Shown piece by piece: positions 28,144 through 37,296 of a stretch of DNA of 41,796 nt. Position 1 is the first letter of the stretch. The number at the start of each line of letters is the position of its first letter. The stretch is from sequence record SRR2962707_2324. One strand, 5' to 3'. The notes under the pieces were generated by a model, which saw only the letters and a list, made by a program, of their open reading frames with translations, was not told where the DNA came from and ran no database searches. Made by a program: the position numbers and the translations under genes.

Positions 28144-29991
28144 ATGAAAAAACTAATTACACTCTCTTTGGTGGCCATCTCTTTTATAGCCACAGCCCAG
28201 GAAAAATACCAGGTTACCATTGATTTAACCAAAGCCCAGGACGACAAGCTCCCAGTTGAGATCTTAGTTCCGAAAATAGAAAGTGAGGAAGTCGAATACC
28301 ATATGCCTAAAGTCGTTCCTGGCACATATAGTATTTCAGATTTTGGTCGTTTTGTAGTTGCATTCAAAGCTTTGGATGCAGAAGGAAATGAGCTTAAATC
28401 AAAAAATCAAAACACCAACAAGTGGATCATATCTGATGCCTCTAAATTGGCAAAGATCACCTACTGGATTGAAGATTCATTTGATGAGTTCACAGGTTAT
28501 GGTAGTAACAAGGTATTTGAGCCGGGAGGAATGAGCATCGATGCAGAAACAAATGTTTACGTGTTAAACACTTTCGGTTTTGTTGGATATGTTGACGGGA
28601 TGAAATTTTACCCAATTGATTTAACAATTATCCATGATGAGGAAATCAAAGGAGCTACTTCACTTAAGAAAGTATCAGAAACAGCCACAGCAGACGTTTA
28701 TACTGCTGAGAACTACAATTTCCTAGCTGATGCTCCACTAATGTATAATAAGCCAGATATGGTAAGTAAGGAAATTGCTGGTGCCAACGTTTTGGTATCC
28801 GTCTACTCACCAAACAATGTACTTTCTGCCTCTGACGTAATGGATAACATTGATGAGTTGATGGAAGCACAAGCCAAGTACCTTGGTGGAAAATTACCAG
28901 TTGACAGGTATGCCTACCTGATATACTTATTTGACAGGCCTACAATTTCTGGTGCTTGGGGTGCATTAGAACACTCCTACTCTTCACTTTACACCTTACC
29001 GGAAATGGATCCAGAGCGAATCAGTCAAACAGTGAAGGATGTGGCGGCTCACGAATTCTTCCATATAGTAACTCCTTTGAATATTCATTCGGAGGAGATT
29101 CATAATTTCAACTACATCGATCCAGAAATGAGCCAACACTTATGGCTCTATGAAGGAGTCACTGAGTATTCCTCGCACCACGTTCAGGTGAAATATGACT
29201 TGTACTCTGTTGATGATTTCTTAACAGAAATGAGAAACAAGATTATACAGCAAGAAAGGTACAACGTTGATATCCCATACACCGAGTTTAGTGAAAACAT
29301 ACTGGAACCAAAAAATGAGCGTAGATACGGTGATGTCTACAGCGGAGGTGCATTGATTGCAATGTGCTTGGACCTCACCATCATCAAATCTACGGATGGT
29401 AAAATGGATTTGCAGCAAGTTCTTAGAGAGCTATCTAAGCAATTTGGACCTATGAAGGCGTTTAAAGATGAAGAACTGTTTGGAGAAATTGAGAAAATAA
29501 CTACCCCTGAAGTAGGTGAGTTCTTAAGGAAATATGTTGGTGAAGCTAATCCATTACCATTCAAAGAAGTTTTTGGCTGGGCAGGTATATCCTATACAGG
29601 TGAAAGTGACGAAATGGTTATTACGGCAGGGAAATTTACCCCCGCTTTAAATGAAAATCAGGAAATCTACATTGCCGGAATAGATAACCTCAACAAGTTC
29701 GGAAAAGACCTTGGATTCAAAGAGGGTGACATAATCATTGAGTGGAATGGCAATGAAATAAATGTTGAAAACTTCACTGAGGTGCTTCAAAATTTTTATG
29801 ATGAAACTAAAGAGGGAGAAAAAGTATCTGTAGTAGTGAGAAGGGATGTGAAAGGTAAAATGAAAGACGTCAAACTCAAGGCTAAAGCAATGACTGTAAA
29901 ATCATCACAAAAACATGCTATGGAACTGATGGATAATCCATCTCCTGAACAACAAAAAATTAAAGCTCGCTGGCTCGAAACTGGTAACTAA
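28144..29991 (+). CDS. M61-family (glycyl aminopeptidase-like) metallopeptidase with PDZ domain, exported
   Basis: Signal peptide; PKVVPGTYS; GALEHSYS; AHEFFH (HExxH); LWLYEGVTEY; PDZ-like GFKEGDIIIEWNG. Confidence 0.9.
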   Translation: MKKLITLSLVAISFIATAQEKYQVTIDLTKAQDDKLPVEILVPKIESEEVEYHMPKVVPGTYSISDFGRFVVAFKALDAEGNELKSKNQNTNKWIISDASKLAKITYWIEDSFDEFTGYGSNKVFEPGGMSIDAETNVYVLNTFGFVGYVDGMKFYPIDLTIIHDEEIKGATSLKKVSETATADVYTAENYNFLADAPLMYNKPDMVSKEIAGANVLVSVYSPNNVLSASDVMDNIDELMEAQAKYLGGKLPVDRYAYLIYLFDRPTISGAWGALEHSYSSLYTLPEMDPERISQTVKDVAAHEFFHIVTPLNIHSEEIHNFNYIDPEMSQHLWLYEGVTEYSSHHVQVKYDLYSVDDFLTEMRNKIIQQERYNVDIPYTEFSENILEPKNERRYGDVYSGGALIAMCLDLTIIKSTDGKMDLQQVLRELSKQFGPMKAFKDEELFGEIEKITTPEVGEFLRKYVGEANPLPFKEVFGWAGISYTGESDEMVITAGKFTPALNENQEIYIAGIDNLNKFGKDLGFKEGDIIIEWNGNEINVENFTEVLQNFYDETKEGEKVSVVVRRDVKGKMKDVKLKAKAMTVKSSQKHAMELMDNPSPEQQKIKARWLETGN

Positions 29992-30033
29992 ACATCAAAA
30001 GACTAGTATAATATAGAAGAGAACTGATCTAAC

Positions 30034-31380
30034 ATGAAACGAAATAGAATATTAATCATTGGAGGCGTGGCAATAATCACCATTTTGATTTTTGCCTTCT
30101 CCGGTAGCTCATCCGATGCAACTCCCGAAGTGATAGTTGATGTGGAAAAGGGTGACTTTGTTGTCGATATTATGACCTCTGGAGCGTTGGAAGCCAAAAA
30201 CTCTGTTCCAATTAAAGGTCCAAATGGCTTACGTAATTATAGAATCTGGAACGTAACCATTCAGCATATTATTGACGAGGGAACTGTGGTAGAAAAAGGC
30301 CAATATGTGGCTAGATTGGATCCTTCTGAATTAACTGGAAAAATTAAGGATGCACAATTGGAAGTTGATCAGCAACAGTCTCAGTTTACTCAAACCAGAC
30401 TGGATACCGCGTTGGCAATGAGGCAATCGCGCGACGAACTGATCAATCTGGAATATGCGGTTAGAGAAAAGCAATTAACCTTAGATCAATCTCAATTCGA
30501 ACCACCAGCAACCATTCAGAAAGCAGAAATTGATTTGGAAAAAGCTAAGCGTGCTTTCAATCAAGCAAAGGAAAATTACAATATCAAGCAGCAACAGAAT
30601 GTTGCCAAGATGCAGCAAGTAAATGCTGAATTGACCAAAGCAAAGAACGAAATGGAAGGACTTATGTCACTTTCAAAAGAGTTTACCATTCTGGCACCTG
30701 AAGATGGCATGCTGATTTATGAGAAAAGTTGGGATGGTAAACCTGTGAAAGCAGGATCACAAATTGGCGCATGGGATCCCACTGTGGCGACTCTCCCTGA
30801 CCTTTCCAAAATGATGTCCAAAACATATGTGAATGAAGTTGACATCAGAAAGGTAAAACCAGGACAAAGTGTTGAAATTGGATTTGATGCCTTCCCTGAC
30901 AAGAATCTAAAAGGAAGAGTGACCAAGGTGGCGAATGTTGGAGAGCAAAGACCAAATTCGGATGCCAAAGTTTTTGAGGTCGAGATTGAAGTATTCGGAA
31001 CTGATCCTTTACTTAAGCCTGGAATGACAACAAGTAACAAAATCATCACCAAAACGGTGGAAGATGCATTATATGTGCCGCTAGAGAGTCTTCATTCACA
31101 ATTTGATTCCATCACTTATGTCTACGTGAAGAATGGTGGTAGTCTGTCAAAACAAGAAGTAATGATTGGCGATGCGAATGCTGAATATGTGCACATTCTT
31201 TTGGGACTTGAAGAATCTGATAGAATTGCTTTATCTAGTATCTCTGGGATGGAAAGTAAGAAAGTGAACCTCTTGCCAGAGATGGCTGGTAAACGATCCA
31301 AGAAAAAAGAGGAAGAACCAGAGCCAGATCCATTACCTCAAAATAATCCTCAAGGAAGAAGAAGAGGCCCAAGCAGCTAA
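30034..31380 (+). CDS. Efflux periplasmic adaptor subunit (MacA/HlyD family)
   Basis: N-terminal TM; EGTVVEKGQ..RLD; long coiled coil; ILAPEDG; VNEVDIRKVKPGQ; LKPGMT. Confidence 0.9.
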   Translation: MKRNRILIIGGVAIITILIFAFSGSSSDATPEVIVDVEKGDFVVDIMTSGALEAKNSVPIKGPNGLRNYRIWNVTIQHIIDEGTVVEKGQYVARLDPSELTGKIKDAQLEVDQQQSQFTQTRLDTALAMRQSRDELINLEYAVREKQLTLDQSQFEPPATIQKAEIDLEKAKRAFNQAKENYNIKQQQNVAKMQQVNAELTKAKNEMEGLMSLSKEFTILAPEDGMLIYEKSWDGKPVKAGSQIGAWDPTVATLPDLSKMMSKTYVNEVDIRKVKPGQSVEIGFDAFPDKNLKGRVTKVANVGEQRPNSDAKVFEVEIEVFGTDPLLKPGMTTSNKIITKTVEDALYVPLESLHSQFDSITYVYVKNGGSLSKQEVMIGDANAEYVHILLGLEESDRIALSSISGMESKKVNLLPEMAGKRSKKKEEEPEPDPLPQNNPQGRRRGPSS

Positions 31381-31384
31381 TCCA

Positions 31385-32761
31385 ATGAACAAAGAGAGGC
31401 TAATTGCAAATCTGATCATCGCTGTAGAAGCGGTGCTCGCAAACAGAGTGCGTTCAATCCTGACTGCTCTGGGGATCATCTTCGGTGTTGCAGCAGTTAT
31501 TGCCATGCTTGCGATTGGTAATGGTGCTCAACAAGAAATTCTTGAGCAGATCAAGCTTGTTGGTGTTAATAACATCATTGTTGAGCCCGTGGTAGAGCAA
31601 ACAGAAGAAAACCTGGCAGAAGAAGATTCGGAATCCAAGGAGAAGAAGAAATTCTCACCTGGATTGACTCTTGAAGACAAAGAATCTATTCTTAGAACGA
31701 TTCCGGGAATCGAGACCGTAAGTCCCGAGATTCTGCTAGAGACCTATATCATTAAAAATGGTATAAGAAGATCAGCCAAGTTGGTCGGTGTGGAACCCTC
31801 CTACTTTGATATTTTCAACTTTACGCTTTCAGAAGGCAAGATGTTCAATGAAATGCAGCTTGAAAAGGGAGAAGCTGTTTGTATCATCGGTAAATCAATT
31901 AGAGCCAAATTCTTTCCTTCTGAGAATCCTGTTGGAAAAATGATCAAATGCGGACCAAACTGGTTGAAAGTAATTGGAGTTCTCGATGAGCGTTTTATCA
32001 GCGAAACAAGCATCAGCAAACTTGGGATTCGCGACTACAACATGGACGTGTACACACCTCTTCAAACCGTATTAGTACGATATAAAAACCGTGCGATGCT
32101 AACAGAAGAGATGATTCAGGGAGCCAACAGAGGTTCCGCAGGTAACATTATAATCATCGGTGGAAACGGTGGCAGTAGCTCCAGTGATGCACAAGGCCCG
32201 GCAGTTAATTATCATCAACTGGACAGATTGGTTGTGCAAGTTGCTCAAACCGAGAAGCTCAACCCCACTGCAGATGTGATAGTGCGAATGCTGGAAAGAA
32301 AGCACAATGAAGTGGTTGATTATGAGATTGAAATTCCTGAGTTGTTACTTAAGCAGCAACAAAGGACAAACGATATTTTCAGTTACGTTCTTGGCGCCAT
32401 TGCCGGTATCTCGCTGATCGTTGGAGGAATCGGTATCATGAATATCATGTTGGCCTCTGTGCTAGAAAGAATCAAAGAGATCGGCCTTAGACTCTCTATT
32501 GGAGCTAAAAAATCTGATATCATTAATCAATTCATGTTTGAATCAATGATGATCAGTATCTCGGGAGGATTCATAGGAATCGTTCTAGGGGTAGTCATGG
32601 CATTAGCAGTAAGCAGATTTGCTGATATTCCGACTGTTATCTCATTTGGTTCCATTCTAATTTCATTTGGTGTAGCTACGGCTATCGGGCTAATCTTTGG
32701 TATTGCCCCAGCCAGAAAAGCAGCTTTACAAGACCCAATTACTTCACTTAGGTATGAATAA
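31385..32761 (+). CDS. MacB-like ABC permease (single FtsX repeat, no ATPase domain)
   Basis: NRVRSILTALGIIFGVAAVIAMLAIG; ISLIVGGIGIMNIMLASVLERIKEIGLR; PARKAA..DPITSLRYE. Confidence 0.92.
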   Translation: MNKERLIANLIIAVEAVLANRVRSILTALGIIFGVAAVIAMLAIGNGAQQEILEQIKLVGVNNIIVEPVVEQTEENLAEEDSESKEKKKFSPGLTLEDKESILRTIPGIETVSPEILLETYIIKNGIRRSAKLVGVEPSYFDIFNFTLSEGKMFNEMQLEKGEAVCIIGKSIRAKFFPSENPVGKMIKCGPNWLKVIGVLDERFISETSISKLGIRDYNMDVYTPLQTVLVRYKNRAMLTEEMIQGANRGSAGNIIIIGGNGGSSSSDAQGPAVNYHQLDRLVVQVAQTEKLNPTADVIVRMLERKHNEVVDYEIEIPELLLKQQQRTNDIFSYVLGAIAGISLIVGGIGIMNIMLASVLERIKEIGLRLSIGAKKSDIINQFMFESMMISISGGFIGIVLGVVMALAVSRFADIPTVISFGSILISFGVATAIGLIFGIAPARKAALQDPITSLRYE

Positions 32762-34202
32762 ATTTCTATTAACGATATTATTTATTGGATGCATTTTCGT
32801 GTCCAATGCACAGCAGAGACTGTATTCTCTAGACAATATCATTCGACTGGCTCAGGACCAATCCCCGCTAGCTAAACAGGCTGAGACGAGGAAAGAAAAC
32901 CGGTATTGGCAGTTTCGCTTTTTCAGATCTAACTACAATCCACAGTTGGCGCTGAGTGGTACCCTTCCCGGCTATCGAAGGGAGTTTACTGCAGCACCTC
33001 AACCTGACGGAAGTGTGAACTTTGTCCCTGTAGAGCTTACCAATGCCACGCTTGGCCTTGGCTTGATTCAACCTATTGCCTTAACAGGTGGTAACATATC
33101 CGTTAATACCAGTGCAAATCGGTTCAAAATTACCACTGCTGAAAATGTGCAATGGAGATCGACACTTATCGATTTAACCTTAAATCAGCCCATTTTCGCG
33201 TTTAATCAACTTAGATGGGATAAAAAGACAGAACCCATTAGATATGAGGAATCGAAAAGAAGCTATGTGGAGGAGATGGAATTTGTTTCCAGAACGGCTG
33301 TAGATCGCTTCTTTGATTACCTGGATGCACAGGTCAATTTCCAAATAGCAGAGTTCAACCTGGCCAATAATGATACCATCTACAACATTGAGCAAGGAAG
33401 GTACAACATCGGAACGGCTTCTGAGGATAAACTTTTGCAAGTAGAGTTGCAATTGTTGAGATCTAAGCAAGATTTGGCTCAAGCACAGCTTGATCTGCAA
33501 ACTTCCCGACTGGCCTTAAGAACATTCATCGGCTTGAATGAAGAGCAGATATTTGATCTCTCTTTGCCACAAGAAATCCCTGTATTTGCAGTAAGTGAAG
33601 GTATTGCTTTGCAGTATGCTAAAGAGAACAGGTCAGATTTTATCGCGTTTGAACGAAGACGAATTGAGGCTGACAGGCAGGTGGCACAAGCAAAAGGTCA
33701 GCGTTTTCAGATGAATCTAAACGCTTCATTTGGTTTGAATAGCCGTGGAACCACGCTCAATGAGTCGTATATGGATCCAACCAATCAACAAATAGCGAAC
33801 GTATCACTGAATGTTCCTATTGTAAACTGGGGACGAAATGAGGCTCGAATGAAAACAGCAATGGCAAACAAGCAGCTAACAGATTATACCATCGCACAAG
33901 AGGAACAAAATTTCGAACAGGAAGTCATCACACAGGTACGCCAGCTAGACGTCTTGAGACAGCAAATCGAGATTTCAAAAAAGTCAGATGAGGTTGCTCA
34001 AAAGCGATATGAAGTTGCTCAAAATCGCTACCTCATTGGTAAGATTGATATCACCAACCTCAACATTGCCTTAACTGAAAAAGATAATGCGAAGAGAAGT
34101 TACATTAATGCCCTTCGCTCCTATTGGATCGCCTATTATGATCTAAGAAGGCTTACGTTGTTTGACTTTGCAAACAATCAATTGTTATACACGCAGGAGT
34201 AA
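32754..34202 (+). CDS. TolC-family outer-membrane efflux protein
   Basis: Signal peptide MNKFLLTILF.. from ATG 32754 (8-nt overlap with the permease); LNQPIF, RYNIG, LNVPIVNWG, RYLIGKIDITNL. Confidence 0.9.
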   Translation: MNKFLLTILFIGCIFVSNAQQRLYSLDNIIRLAQDQSPLAKQAETRKENRYWQFRFFRSNYNPQLALSGTLPGYRREFTAAPQPDGSVNFVPVELTNATLGLGLIQPIALTGGNISVNTSANRFKITTAENVQWRSTLIDLTLNQPIFAFNQLRWDKKTEPIRYEESKRSYVEEMEFVSRTAVDRFFDYLDAQVNFQIAEFNLANNDTIYNIEQGRYNIGTASEDKLLQVELQLLRSKQDLAQAQLDLQTSRLALRTFIGLNEEQIFDLSLPQEIPVFAVSEGIALQYAKENRSDFIAFERRRIEADRQVAQAKGQRFQMNLNASFGLNSRGTTLNESYMDPTNQQIANVSLNVPIVNWGRNEARMKTAMANKQLTDYTIAQEEQNFEQEVITQVRQLDVLRQQIEISKKSDEVAQKRYEVAQNRYLIGKIDITNLNIALTEKDNAKRSYINALRSYWIAYYDLRRLTLFDFANNQLLYTQE

Positions 34203-34242
34203 TTCGCAAAACTAGCATTCTGATACCTCGCTTATTAAAGCG

Positions 34243-34276
34243 CAAAAGGTCATTCTCTTAATCGAATGACCTTTTG
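34243..34276. terminator. Bidirectional intrinsic terminator between the TolC and SDR genes
   Basis: CAAAAGGTCATTC ... GAATGACCTTTTG, a perfect 13-bp inverted repeat. Confidence 0.78.
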
Positions 34277-34318
34277 TATTTATGATTAGTTGACACCTGA
34301 TTATCAGGGTGTTGAAAA

Positions 34319-35245
34319 TCAAATTTTCAACTTTCTCATCCCTTTAAAGTATAGCCACATCATTTTTAGCTTGCTTCCACCCTTCTTACGTCCCATTTCC
34401 ATGGCATCCCAGAGTTCATCCGGAATGGCATCCAGCATGTTGAATTCCCCAGCTCCCTTGAGCCATTCTGCTCCATCTATAGTTACGACTTCTCCATTGA
34501 CATAGGACGAATAATCAGATACCAGGTATGCAGCCAGATTGGCAAGCTCCTGATGATCTCCTACCCTACCAAGTGGCACTTTGTTTGCAGGGTCGTATTT
34601 CTTCTTTAAATCTCCAGGTAAAAGTCTGTCCCAGGCACCTTCTGTTGGAAATGGTCCGGGAGCAATTGCATTGCTTCTGATTCCGTATTTAGCCCATTCA
34701 ACCGCCAATGAACGCGTCATGGCCAATACCCCACTTTTTGCGCAAGCAGATGGGACCACATAGCCCGATCCTGTCCAAGCATAGGTAGTTACGATATTCA
34801 AAATGGTTCCTGGCTTCTTGCTTTCAATCCAATCTTTACCCATGGCTAGGGTGAAATTGTAACTTCCTTTCAAAACAATATCAACTACCGTATCAAAAGC
34901 GCGATGAGATAGACGTTCTGTTGGACTGATAAAATTCCCTGCGGCATTATTAAGAAGTACATCTACACCTCCAAATTTCTCTTTTGCCTCCTTGATTACT
35001 CGTTCGACATGCTCATACTCCCTCACATCACAAGCAACACAGTGAACAGGATTACCAGATTTAGCGGTGATCTCCTTAGCAGTCTCCTCCAACACTTCCA
35101 TCTTCCGACTTGTAATCACGAGGTTAGCTCCCAGCTCTGAAAAGTAGGTTCCCATTGATTTTCCAAGACCGGTTCCTCCGCCGGTTACGATGATTGTTTT
35201 CCCTTTTAATGCGTCAGGTCGCAACATGCCTTCTGAATAGCTCAT
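34319..35245 (-). CDS. SDR oxidoreductase, 2,4-dienoyl-CoA reductase-like
   Basis: TGGGTGLG, NNAAGNFISPTE.LS, SACAKSGV (no catalytic Tyr, as in DECR), NAIAPGP. Confidence 0.9.
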   Translation of the reverse strand: MSYSEGMLRPDALKGKTIIVTGGGTGLGKSMGTYFSELGANLVITSRKMEVLEETAKEITAKSGNPVHCVACDVREYEHVERVIKEAKEKFGGVDVLLNNAAGNFISPTERLSHRAFDTVVDIVLKGSYNFTLAMGKDWIESKKPGTILNIVTTYAWTGSGYVVPSACAKSGVLAMTRSLAVEWAKYGIRSNAIAPGPFPTEGAWDRLLPGDLKKKYDPANKVPLGRVGDHQELANLAAYLVSDYSSYVNGEVVTIDGAEWLKGAGEFNMLDAIPDELWDAMEMGRKKGGSKLKMMWLYFKGMRKLKI

Positions 35246-35283
35246 AAGTAATCTCTTTTGTGGCAAGATAGGCAGGAACGGAC

Positions 35284-35316
35284 AAAAAAAAGAGGCCGTC
35301 TCAAAAAGCGGCCTCT
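35284..35316 (-). terminator. Intrinsic terminator
   Basis: Minus strand AGAGGCCG-loop-CGGCCTCT followed by T7. Confidence 0.8.
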
Positions 35317-35418
35317 ACATTTGTGGCAGTGAATAGAGCGGTGAACTCTTCAGCAAAGAAGCACACTTATCAATTGATAAACAATACCTACTTTATGGTA
35401 TTTTTCACTAAAATCAGA

Positions 35419-37167
35419 TTATTTTCTCCACCATTTAAAAATCAGATAAATACATATCGCAAATAAGGTGATGAGTCCAATTGCCATAGTGTAATTACCA
35501 TACACCATGCTACCAATCCCAAACAAAGCACTATAAACCCCTATTGCGCCTATAAAAACACTTAACAAGCTATATCCAAAAGTGGATCTCTCGTATTGAT
35601 AGTGCTTCCAACCAAGGCTGGGTTTAATAAGTGATACAAACTTTTCCAATATCTCCTCATTTTCAGGTGCAGTCACAAGCGTGGTAATAATCCATGCAAT
35701 GGTGGTGATGCCCGTAGCAATCAAAAGCTTCATAGTGAATCCATCAATGGTACTATTGGCCAGCGAGCTATCATCAACCCATAAAACAAGAACAAAGGCT
35801 GTGCATGTAGCTACAATCATCCCAATTATCTCCGTCCAGGCATTTATTCGCCACCAGAACCAGCGTAACAAATATATAGCTCCAGTTCCCGCACCTGAGA
35901 GTAAAAGAATATTGAAGGCTTGAGTGGCGTTTTCCAAAATGGTGAGAGACAATACTCCGGCAACTATCATCAACAAGACGGTTGATATTCTTCCGATAGC
36001 GACCAATTCTTTTTCTGAAGCCTCAGGCTTGATGAAGCGTTGATAGAAATCATTGACGATATAAGAGGATCCCCAATTGAGATGGGTACTGATAGTGGAC
36101 ATGTATGCGGCAATCAAAGAAGCCACCACCAAACCGAGCCATCCTGGTGATAGTAGTGTCAACATAACAGGATAAGCAATGTCATCTCCCAGATATTGCT
36201 CATTGATCCCAGGGAATGCTTCTTTGATCGCACTTAAATCAGGAAACAACACCAGTGATGCCAATGCTACAATAATCCATGGCCATGGTCTTAGAGCATA
36301 ATGAGCGAAATTGAAGAACAAAGTGGCTCCTACTGCGTGTCTTTCGTCCTTTGCGGCTAACATTCGCTGGGCAATATATCCTCCACCTCCGGGTTCAGCA
36401 CCCGGGTACCAGACCGACCACCACTGTACTGCTAATGGTATGATAAACATGGATACAACAAGTGAAGTGTTATTGAAATCAGGGATAATACTGAGTTTGT
36501 CCTGAACTAATTCATGGCCTAATAATCCGCTTAAACCACCCACATCTGGTTGATCCAAGGCAACATATGCCGCATAAATTGCTCCAAGAATGGCAATGGA
36601 AAACTGGAAGAAGTCAGTCCATATTACACCTTTGATTCCACCTAGTGCCGAATAAATAGCCACAACCGTTGAAGCGATGATTACAGTATAGATTGGCTCT
36701 ATTCCAAACAGTATGGAAGATATCTTAATGGCTGCCAGAGTTACCGATCCCATTATCAAGCAATTGAAAAGGATCCCTAGATATAACGCTCTGAACCCCC
36801 TCAAAAAAGAGGCTGCTTTTCCACCGTATCTTAATTCATAAAACTCAAGATCTGTTAGTATTCCTGAGCGTCTCCACAATCTGGCATAAATAAATACGGT
36901 CACCATGCCGGTTATTAAAAATGACCACCATGCCCAGTTTTTGGCCACACCAGCTTCTCTTACAAATCCTGTGACAAGATTTGGAGTATCAGCCGAAAAG
37001 GTAGTGGCGACCATGGATACACCCAGTAGCCACCAGGGCATTGATTTACCAGCCAGAAAATATTCCACCTTGCTTTTCCCTGCCGACCGTGAGGCTACTA
37101 CTCCTATTATAAGTACGATAAAAAAGAATGCTCCTATAATGAGCCAGTCTAATGATGCTAAAACCAT
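35419..37167 (-). CDS. Sodium:solute symporter (SSS/SLC5) family protein
   Basis: YFLAGKSMPWWLLGVSMVATTFS, TDLEFYELRY, GGIKGVIWTDFFQ, QRMLAAK, AAYMST; many TM helices. Confidence 0.93.
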   Translation of the reverse strand: MVLASLDWLIIGAFFFIVLIIGVVASRSAGKSKVEYFLAGKSMPWWLLGVSMVATTFSADTPNLVTGFVREAGVAKNWAWWSFLITGMVTVFIYARLWRRSGILTDLEFYELRYGGKAASFLRGFRALYLGILFNCLIMGSVTLAAIKISSILFGIEPIYTVIIASTVVAIYSALGGIKGVIWTDFFQFSIAILGAIYAAYVALDQPDVGGLSGLLGHELVQDKLSIIPDFNNTSLVVSMFIIPLAVQWWSVWYPGAEPGGGGYIAQRMLAAKDERHAVGATLFFNFAHYALRPWPWIIVALASLVLFPDLSAIKEAFPGINEQYLGDDIAYPVMLTLLSPGWLGLVVASLIAAYMSTISTHLNWGSSYIVNDFYQRFIKPEASEKELVAIGRISTVLLMIVAGVLSLTILENATQAFNILLLSGAGTGAIYLLRWFWWRINAWTEIIGMIVATCTAFVLVLWVDDSSLANSTIDGFTMKLLIATGITTIAWIITTLVTAPENEEILEKFVSLIKPSLGWKHYQYERSTFGYSLLSVFIGAIGVYSALFGIGSMVYGNYTMAIGLITLFAICIYLIFKWWRK

Positions 37168-37296
37168 ATCTACATAAATCAAAGTCAGCTAAGATATCAA
37201 AATAGCTGATGTAACCTTTAGCAGCTTTGTGAGTACTATCCGTGCAACCAAGATGAAAAACCTTTGTCTTTACTCTAACTCTTTAATAAAGGTCTA

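Noticed and set aside
34290-34316. CCTGAT-T-ATCAGG palindrome near the SDR stop
   Set aside because: Short, single copy, located between convergent 3' ends; no function can be supported.
37185-37209. TCAGCTA-N11-TAGCTGA inverted repeat between the divergent SSS and permease genes
   Set aside because: 7-bp arms, no adjacent regulator and no second copy; not distinguishable from chance.
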